In this document: one piece after another, positions 56,980-64,000 of the stretch
Numbering within the stretch: the first letter of the stretch is position 1
Layout: the number at the start of each line of letters is the position of its first letter
Position numbers and translations under genes: made by a program
IMG/VR virus record: IMGVR_UViG_3300043077_000092
Length of the DNA: 64,000 nt
Strand: one strand, 5' to 3'
From: a virus
Lineage: Duplodnaviria; Caudoviricetes
The notes under the pieces: model-generated
Databases searched by the model: none
What the model was told of the DNA's origin: nothing
What the model saw: only the letters and a program-made list of their open reading frames with translations

Positions 56980-57890
56980 AATAATGACAGGCATTACATA
57001 ATCTTAATGTAGAAAATGGGTGTATCACTTTCTTGATATTACAATAGCATCCGACACCAAAAATCCAGATATGCATATCTGGAGTCGGCACAAGATATGC
57101 GAAGTAATTCAGGATATTACGTGTATGAGCCTGTGAATATGCAGGACGTGGAGTCGCCAGTTAGAAATAATTGGTAACGAATGCTGTAAGAACTGCCACT
57201 TATTTAAAATGCTTCCCCGACTATTGGTATAGACGTTTTGTAGAGTTCGGAATACTAGGTCATGTTCAGAAGAAACCACCCTAGGGAAGCGGGTGTTTTG
57301 TAGAGGTAGCAACGCATACTTCCGAGGCAGAGCCACTATAGATATATGAAAAGAGACTGAAAAAGACTTCTATAGGGGAGGCGAGAGCTGGAATCACCGA
57401 GGAGGGATGTAGCCCTATCCTATGAAATAACTGGGTGTCGGTCCTTTAGGGGCAGGTGCGTTCAAACGTAGAGAATAGGAATGCGGAGTGGCGGTCACTA
57501 GCCTGACCTGCAATTTCATAACTATGACTATGGAATTGGGACCCGGTCAACTCAATCGTGGGCTTTACAAGGATAAAGCAGACGGTCGCCTAGGTAGCGA
57601 CTAATTAAACTACATCTCATACACCTAGATTCGGTTGGTTATAATAGAATCTCATTGTATCTAAAGAATAAAAGAAACCATCTTTATGGAAACTACAAAT
57701 CGGGGGCACCTGATTATCATAATATAAGTCAGTTGCAAATGACTTATCATTGATTTGCGATACGATGGAAAATAGGAGTTGAGTTAGGAGCATCATAGTC
57801 CATCCCTAATTCGATTATCTTATTATACCGGAAAAGAAATGATATCATTGGTGATATGCGGTTCTTTCTTGTGGGACCGCATGTTATTTA
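56980..57890 (+). ncRNA. Candidate large structured non-coding RNA (~900 nt)
   Basis: No credible ORF, GC content above the flanks, >12 hairpins with G-U pairs on the + strand, a GAAA tetraloop, long-range and pseudoknot complementarities; boundaries approximate. Confidence 0.6.
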
Positions 57891-57999
57891 CACTATTTAT
57901 ACGCCTAATAACAGGGTTATTATTTCTCACGAAAAATAACTTTTTAGGATATAATACACAATATAAACTCCTTGGAGGGTAAAAAATGACAATAAAAAT

Positions 58000-58560
58000 G
58001 AAATACGGGTATTCAGGCTAAAGATGAGACAAAGCTCAAAAATAGCTAGAATACCCGTATTTCTCGTTGTTCTACCAATTTATTTTTGTAAAGGAATGGT
58101 TTTTCAATTTTCTTTCAAAAAAGAAAAGAAAGTACCAAAGAAAAGAAAAAATTACAACAAAAAATAATGCCCAAGGGTCCCCAAACCCCTTGGGCATTAT
58201 TTTTATGTTGTTAAAATTTTATTTATTAGATGAAAAATTTTAGAAAAATTGAAAATTTTTAAAAGAAAAATAATTTTTGTATTAATTATATTAAAAATAA
58301 TATTTTTAATGAAATATATTTAATAGAATTCATATTAGAAAAATTCATTTTTATTTAAAGAAAAATTATTTCATTAAATAGAATTTTTATAAAGAAATTT
58401 TATTTAGACAAATTTTAGTTAAATCTCATGATTTTAAGAAGTGGAAATAAAATCTCCTGTTCGGAGATTTTATTTATTGATTTTTCGCTTACGCTCATTA
58501 TGTTACGTAGACCGATTTTATTAAAAGAAAATTTTTATCTCATAGAAAAATTATATATTA
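58000..58560. other. Extremely AT-rich intergenic region with three inverted repeats; candidate replication origin
   Basis: Inverted repeats at 58000-58063 (15 bp), 58154-58211 (17-bp core) and 58445-58475 (13 bp) around an almost pure A/T tract at 58210-58440. Confidence 0.45.
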
Positions 58561-58592
58561 AAAAGAAAATACAGGAAAGGAGATGATTTTAA

Positions 58593-59042
58593 ATGAGAAA
58601 TTTTGATTACGAGATTTTTGTTGCATATAGAAATTCCGAAATATTTGCTTATTCATATAATCTAAATGAATTTTTCGGATTTCTTAGAAGTTTCTATAAA
58701 TATCATGGAAATTTAGAACTCGAAATTTGCAAATTGAAAAACCCAAAAGAAATTATCGAGTTTGAAGGAAAATTTTATGGCGAATTTGAAATCGTCGAAT
58801 TTTCCCAGAATATTTATTTACGAAATTTTGAATATAAGGTTTGGGATTCTTATTTTAGAGAATTATATGCTAAAGTAAGAGAGGTTTATAAAAACCCTAA
58901 TAAGAAGTATTTGGATTATTATGAAGGATTTTTGAATTATCTTGGAGAAGAAAAGATAGAAAGTATTATTAGAAAAACTGGTTCCGTAGAAGAAGAATAT
59001 AAGCTGAAACGAGACTATCTGCGGAAAATTGAGGACAATTAA
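58593..59042 (+). CDS. Hypothetical protein
   Basis: 149 aa, RBS GAAAGGAG, early-type ATATATTA at 58553-58560. Confidence 0.75.
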   Translation: MRNFDYEIFVAYRNSEIFAYSYNLNEFFGFLRSFYKYHGNLELEICKLKNPKEIIEFEGKFYGEFEIVEFSQNIYLRNFEYKVWDSYFRELYAKVREVYKNPNKKYLDYYEGFLNYLGEEKIESIIRKTGSVEEEYKLKRDYLRKIEDN

Positions 59043-59075
59043 CTAAATGATTATATTGAAAGGAGACAACGTACT

Positions 59076-60983
59076 ATGATAAAATTTGATTTATCTGAAA
59101 TCTTAGAGCAATCTGGATTGTCTATTTTCACAAATGATATTCAATCCTTATTGTACACGCTGTCCGTCCAGACAACAAATTATCTGGCTTACTCTGGTAA
59201 CTTAAGAACTGGAGTAAAACCGGATGAAGGACAGCTTATATCAAATTTACCATATCCTGATGCAACAAAGGAATTTATCTCTCGTGCAATACTATTAGAG
59301 CAGAATTCCAATGAAGATGCTTTATCCGCTGTATATACGGATACTGTATTCCAACTTTTGGTTGCGTCTGGATATCTTCCTATTGGTTGGTTATCTTTAA
59401 CGAAATCTGCTGATATAAAATTTGACCAACTCAAGGAATCTTGGGATATGATTGTATCCGGTTCCGTAAATGCAACTTCAACTGAGTTTATCTATACCAG
59501 AGTAAAATCTTTTGGTATGGTAATCAGAAAAGTGGTTGGTCATGATGAAGATGACCTTCTTTATTTTTTGATTCCAGTTACAAATGCGGATAGAGAATAT
59601 CTTACCTCTTGGGTTAACAACCTTCATATCCGCAATGTCATTATTATGGATGAAACTACTTATGCCACCTATTTGGTTGACAAAAACTATACTTTTTTGT
59701 TCAAGTTTGATAGTGTGGTTAGCACATATGACGGAGTTACATTCCGTGCAAAGGTCAAATTAACAGAATCAGTACCTACCTACCTTATAAGTATAGGGTG
59801 TGACCAGAAATGTGTCTTTCTTGATAAGGGAGACTCGGATAAATACGAGATTGTTAATTCTCACTATAGAACTATTGAAGTTAAACGTAATGAGCCTATT
59901 GACCTTACCGTTAGTATTCCTCAGAACTACGTTATTGATTTCGTATCTATTGACGGATATATGTATTTCGTTGGAGATGGGGATATCGGAGCAGTTGGAA
60001 TTTCTGTATCGGAAGTTTCGGATACGGTTATAAACGGATATAAGATTTATGATGTTATTATCCGTGGAATATCTAGCTCTTCAAAGGTTTATATCGGAGC
60101 TTGTGAAGATTTGACAGGTAAACCTGCAACTTTCAAAGTAATCTCTACTAAACGATCTGCAATTGAAGTTCGTGAAGAAGATGTAACCATTAACCTTATC
60201 TTCAATGACCCATTCATCTATTTCAACAGAAATTGCATTCATGTATATGCAAGAAAGGATGATGAGTCTGAGGTTGAAGAGATTGATACATTTGCTATTA
60301 TGGTTGATGGTCAAAGTTACAGAGAAAGAAAAGCAGTATTTGGTGTAACCGCCTTCCCACATGGTGATCATGTTGAAGTTAAACCGGAATTTCCACCCAA
60401 ACCTATGTATACTGGGTTCGTTCACAGAAATAACCCATATGAGAAATCTTATCTCTCAAGACGTCGTCATATGAACGTTCCTATGGAAGCAAAACCGGAA
60501 AGCAGAGCTATATTATATGGAGTTTCAGAGTGTGGTTCAATCATTATATCCATATCTGGATATACGGATTATAAATACTTTGGAGTATCGTTTGATGATA
60601 GGGCTCTTATTACACATCATAAAGTTCCGGGTAGAATGGATGATGGAGTTGATATGATTCCGGTTATCGAGTCAATTAACTTTGTCAATGAAACCGTTAT
60701 TGATGATACAGAGGAACCAAAGGAAGAGACTACAAGCACAGGAGATAATAATTCCGAAACGAATGTAGATACTTCTGAGGTATCTGGTGGAGAAGATAAC
60801 GTAACCCCTACAGAACCATCAGAAGATTCAGGTAAGATTGAAACTGATGAATCGGATAATAAAGATGATTCATCCGATAATCAGAATTCTACAGAGGAAT
60901 CATCATCAAAGGAAGAACCCTCTACAACAGAAGGAGATTCTGATAAGAACAGTGAAGAGAAATCTGACGCAGAGTCAGTATAA
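59076..60983 (+). CDS. Hypothetical (probably virion) protein with beta-rich middle and acidic disordered tail
   Basis: 635 aa; late-type GACA-N6-TA at 59034-59045. Confidence 0.7.
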   Translation: MIKFDLSEILEQSGLSIFTNDIQSLLYTLSVQTTNYLAYSGNLRTGVKPDEGQLISNLPYPDATKEFISRAILLEQNSNEDALSAVYTDTVFQLLVASGYLPIGWLSLTKSADIKFDQLKESWDMIVSGSVNATSTEFIYTRVKSFGMVIRKVVGHDEDDLLYFLIPVTNADREYLTSWVNNLHIRNVIIMDETTYATYLVDKNYTFLFKFDSVVSTYDGVTFRAKVKLTESVPTYLISIGCDQKCVFLDKGDSDKYEIVNSHYRTIEVKRNEPIDLTVSIPQNYVIDFVSIDGYMYFVGDGDIGAVGISVSEVSDTVINGYKIYDVIIRGISSSSKVYIGACEDLTGKPATFKVISTKRSAIEVREEDVTINLIFNDPFIYFNRNCIHVYARKDDESEVEEIDTFAIMVDGQSYRERKAVFGVTAFPHGDHVEVKPEFPPKPMYTGFVHRNNPYEKSYLSRRRHMNVPMEAKPESRAILYGVSECGSIIISISGYTDYKYFGVSFDDRALITHHKVPGRMDDGVDMIPVIESINFVNETVIDDTEEPKEETTSTGDNNSETNVDTSEVSGGEDNVTPTEPSEDSGKIETDESDNKDDSSDNQNSTEESSSKEEPSTTEGDSDKNSEEKSDAESV

Positions 60984-60992
60984 CAAACAAAA

Positions 60993-61028
60993 AAGAGTAG
61001 TTGGATGTTTTTTTATCCAACTACTCTT
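60993..61028. terminator. Bidirectional terminator
   Basis: AAGAGTAGTTGGAT / ATCCAACTACTCTT between convergent genes. Confidence 0.8.
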
Positions 61029-61057
61029 AAATTTGTATTATATTCATATGATAGAAA

Positions 61058-61801
61058 TTACGCCTCTTCGACACTAACTTCAAGGGCTGCACTTTCAGCT
61101 TTCTTCTCTTCAGAAGTAGCATTCTTCTTAGAGTTTTTTCCTTTACCCTTAGAAGACTTTGCAGTATTGGCAGTATCAGTCTTTGCTTCCGATACCACAT
61201 TCTCAGCATTAGCAGGTGCGGCTGCGGCATCTGTATTAGGTTGTCCAGCTTCAGTATTCTCATTTGCAGGAGTAACTGTTTCAGTAGGAGTTTCCCCAGA
61301 TGACTCTGTTACCTGAACAGGGTTCTCCTCTGATGGAGCTACGCTCTCGTTAGTAGCATCAGCCTTTTCTTCAGCTTTTGCTTCCGATACCACATTCTCA
61401 GCATTAGCAGGTGCGGCTGCGGCATCTGTATTAGGTTGTCCAGCTTCAGTATTCTCATTTGCAGGAGTAACTGTTTCAGCGTTCTCGTTACTGGCTCCCT
61501 CCTGTTTGGGTTCTTCCTGCTTACCCTCTTCTTTTTCAGGCTCATCGTTCTTCTCCTCTGTAACAACTACCTTCTTAGGTACGTTATTATCCTGATCAAA
61601 ATTCTGAGCGTTAAGCTGTACATCAGTTCCGTTTGAGAGTCTCTCCCAAACATCTGCTCTGTCCTGAGTAATCATAGACCAGATACGGTCGGTTGACTCA
61701 AGATAAGGTGTTCTAATTGGTGCCATGAAACGACCACGACTTGTAGTTACGTTACCACGACTTCTAACGGTAATCATCTTTGATGATATAGTTCTTCCCA
61801 T
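61058..61801 (-). CDS. Hypothetical protein: small N-terminal domain plus acidic low-complexity tail with an internal duplication
   Basis: 247 aa; ETVTPANENTEAGQPNTDAAAAPANAENVVSEAK occurs twice. Confidence 0.75.
   Translation of the reverse strand: MGRTISSKMITVRSRGNVTTSRGRFMAPIRTPYLESTDRIWSMITQDRADVWERLSNGTDVQLNAQNFDQDNNVPKKVVVTEEKNDEPEKEEGKQEEPKQEGASNENAETVTPANENTEAGQPNTDAAAAPANAENVVSEAKAEEKADATNESVAPSEENPVQVTESSGETPTETVTPANENTEAGQPNTDAAAAPANAENVVSEAKTDTANTAKSSKGKGKNSKKNATSEEKKAESAALEVSVEEA
61182..61479. repeat. 103-bp perfect direct repeat (61182-61284, 61377-61479)
   Basis: Identical in-frame nucleotide copies inside the CDS. Confidence 0.9.
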
Positions 61802-61844
61802 TTCGTTTTAAATCCTCCTTCTTTATAATTTTTAATATGTCCGG

Positions 61845-62138
61845 TTAGATACCTTCCGGAATGAAACTTTCTGTAAGGTTCTCGACCTCGTCCTCTGCCA
61901 TTTCATCAGAAGGTGGAATCTTTGCTAAAAGCTTTTCCATCTCAGCCTCATCTCCGACCCCGTCGCCTTCCATGTCATCGTCAACAGTATCGTTATCGTC
62001 GCCTGTCAAAGCATCAATGATATCATCATCGATTGCCTCTTCAAACATTGCTAACTGTTCATTACTACTGTCTTCTGCACGCTGGCTCTGATTAATTGCC
62101 TCCATTAATGTAGACAAACCATGTGATGCGATTCCCAT
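61845..62138 (-). CDS. Small acidic protein with LMEA/FEEA/LTES motifs (scaffold-like)
   Basis: 97 aa, D/E-rich; late promoter AACA-N6-TA at 62195-62206. Confidence 0.6.
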   Translation of the reverse strand: MGIASHGLSTLMEAINQSQRAEDSSNEQLAMFEEAIDDDIIDALTGDDNDTVDDDMEGDGVGDEAEMEKLLAKIPPSDEMAEDEVENLTESFIPEGI

Positions 62139-62206
62139 GATATTATCTCCTTTCTAATAAAATTATAGTATGTAATCTTAAATTACACCTTGATTACTTG
62201 CGTGTT

Positions 62207-63451
62207 TTAAGAGTATGAATTATTGAGGTACTCTCTGTACGCAATTAAAATGTATAGAACAATTGGTACCAGATAGAAATAGGTCTCTGAATAATCTGGT
62301 TCAAGTATTCCCTTAAGATCTTTTAAATCTTCTTCTGATAAGAACTTTTCAAATGTATTAGTCTGGAAATACCGAATGATGATATTCTCCAGAATTGTAA
62401 CTGAATTAGATTCCCTTATATGCTTTAAATCATATAACCAATTGAAATCCATATACTCATTTCTTGGATGTCTTGCATTCTTATCTATATAAGCGTGAAT
62501 TAAATAAACATTCTCTTCACCCCAATAAGAAAATGGGTTCGTTCGAGTTCTAGGAAAATCAGTTACATCATATAGAAGCTGATTGATACGATTAATATCT
62601 CTCATCTCTACAGCACGAAATACTGTCTTATTGTATTCTCCTCTAAAGGATTCATCCTGTTCAATTACAACTGGTTGTAAGATTTCAGTATAGTAATCCA
62701 ACAAGTCATGGTTTAATATAAACTTTGTCAGATATGGATCATAGACAATATACTTCCCATTCGTATATCCTCTAAAGATAAACGAATTGTATTTTCTACT
62801 AAAGAAAGTATCAATGTAATCTGACATAGCCTGACCTATGATATCCTTTATCTCTACTACGGTATCAAATACCTTATTGGAGACAACACACTTCTCATTA
62901 GAACCGACATTATCCAAGATAACTTTCATATCCTGAACTGTAATATCAGCCAATTGATTTTCGTAATCTTCAGAGTCAATATCAACAACGTGCATTGGTA
63001 CTTTATAATAGCCGCCAATCTTCATTGTCGCAATCTGGACATTATTAACCCTGAACATGATACTTCTTCCAGATGAGAATTTGTATAGCATATAATCATA
63101 TGCGTTTGGAATGATTGTTCCGGGTGGGATAAGAGGTTCAATTTCAACTTCCATATCCATAATGCCATTATCATCCAATCGCATTTCGATATTCTGCATA
63201 TCTTTTGTAACACCAAAGAGTGGTAATCCTTCTATCTTATTATAACGGAATGGTGAATCTTTTCCAATAAGATTATCAGCGGTTTCTGTTCCTTGGGTAA
63301 CTGTACTCTTCTTATCATTGACATTAAACCATGTAACAAGAATTGGATCACCCAAACCAGTGATACTAATAGAGGAACCACTCTGGAGTATCTTATCAAG
63401 TTCAGACATCGTATTCTTTACAATAGCATCCGAATTTTGTAAATATCCCAT
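62207..63451 (-). CDS. Putative virion structural protein
   Basis: 414 aa; RBS GAAAGGAGG; the structural assignment rests on context only. Confidence 0.5.
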   Translation of the reverse strand: MGYLQNSDAIVKNTMSELDKILQSGSSISITGLGDPILVTWFNVNDKKSTVTQGTETADNLIGKDSPFRYNKIEGLPLFGVTKDMQNIEMRLDDNGIMDMEVEIEPLIPPGTIIPNAYDYMLYKFSSGRSIMFRVNNVQIATMKIGGYYKVPMHVVDIDSEDYENQLADITVQDMKVILDNVGSNEKCVVSNKVFDTVVEIKDIIGQAMSDYIDTFFSRKYNSFIFRGYTNGKYIVYDPYLTKFILNHDLLDYYTEILQPVVIEQDESFRGEYNKTVFRAVEMRDINRINQLLYDVTDFPRTRTNPFSYWGEENVYLIHAYIDKNARHPRNEYMDFNWLYDLKHIRESNSVTILENIIIRYFQTNTFEKFLSEEDLKDLKGILEPDYSETYFYLVPIVLYILIAYREYLNNSYS

Positions 63452-63996
63452 TAGTATCCCTCCTTTCTTGAATCAATATCACTTGTCTTTTGCTTCAAGA
63501 ACCAATTCACGAATCCGAGCAATATTTCAAAAGCTGAAACTAAACCCGCACGATCATCTAAGAATATATTATAGAAAATCTTATTATCGTGCTCGTATTC
63601 TCTTTCAGCTTTAATTGCATCAGATTCTTCGTTTACATAATCACATTTGATATTTAACTTCTTACAAGTATCTTTCACCATATTGATATCAGAGTTTAAA
63701 GTTCTTGCAGTATAGCATATCATTGTAAACCCTAAAGCACTACAAACCTGAAGAAGTTTGACGACAGGCTCACATGAAATACCCCCTTTAGACGGCTGTA
63801 TCGTATCGTCAAAATCAAATGCGACGATAATATTACCATGCTCTTTATAATCATTGATTAATACGTCAATAAATCTTTGGTTTGTAAAGAATTCTTCGTA
63901 AAATCTATCCATTTCATTTAACGATTGCATTCGTTCTTTTATATCAGGCATCGTATCTGATTTAGTCAGATAATCTGCCACGGTTTGTAAAATCAT
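63451..63996 (-). CDS. HAD-superfamily phosphatase
   Basis: Motif I IIVAFDFDDTI, motif II YTAR, motifs III/IV K..IFLDDRA. Confidence 0.8.
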   Translation of the reverse strand: MILQTVADYLTKSDTMPDIKERMQSLNEMDRFYEEFFTNQRFIDVLINDYKEHGNIIVAFDFDDTIQPSKGGISCEPVVKLLQVCSALGFTMICYTARTLNSDINMVKDTCKKLNIKCDYVNEESDAIKAEREYEHDNKIFYNIFLDDRAGLVSAFEILLGFVNWFLKQKTSDIDSRKEGY

Positions 63997-64000
63997 TTAA

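Noticed and set aside
57109-57336. 75-aa minus-strand ORF in the structured region
   Set aside because: No RBS, atypical composition, and G-U pairing bias points to a plus-strand RNA.
56980-57890. Group I/II intron or tRNA cluster as the explanation of the long non-coding region
   Set aside because: It interrupts no gene, and I found no group II domain V motif or tRNA T-loop/cloverleaf by eye; a covariance search is still needed.
1-64000. Stop-codon reassignment
   Set aside because: Long genes are intact under the standard code, and TAG/TGA end genes right before terminators (e.g. 11812, 8698).
1-64000. CRISPR array, tRNA genes, IS elements, introns/inteins in the RNAP genes
   Set aside because: No regularly spaced repeats, cloverleafs or transposase seen; both RNAP ORFs are continuous with no evident intein motifs.

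Overview
This is a 64-kb, AT-rich, densely coding segment (standard bacterial code) of a jumbo myophage of the phiKZ/AR9(PBS1)-like lineage. Strong AGGAGG(TGA) RBSs and Gram-positive-type cell-wall hydrolases suggest a Firmicutes host. It encodes two phage multisubunit RNA polymerase subunits: a beta' N-half with DGDHDGD and an unsplit 1576-aa beta. It also encodes baseplate/tail genes (gp25-, gp26-, gp27-, gp6-like and tube-fold proteins), a ~3900-aa tape measure/lysin, paralogous head proteins full of hydrophobic-x-E|S/A/G motifs, a RusA-like resolvase, a HAD phosphatase and an ABC exporter. Two promoter classes are visible: TATATTA (early-like) and nACA-N6-TA (late-like). The most unusual elements are: (1) four dispersed copies of a ~300-nt small-ORF module whose whole length folds into consecutive hairpins, with the RBS in the loop of a covarying hairpin that resembles an antisense terminator, three copies surrounding the ABC exporter; (2) a ~900-nt ORF-free structured RNA candidate with long-range and pseudoknot pairings next to an AT-rich origin-like region; (3) a ~160-nt GC-rich RNA with its own late promoter and terminator just upstream of the RNAP beta gene; (4) a >1200-aa multi-enzyme polyprotein, missed by the ORF track, whose domains are separated by putative head-protease sites; and (5) a candidate -1 frameshift in the gp26-like chaperone. 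All calls come from reading motifs by eye; no searches were run.
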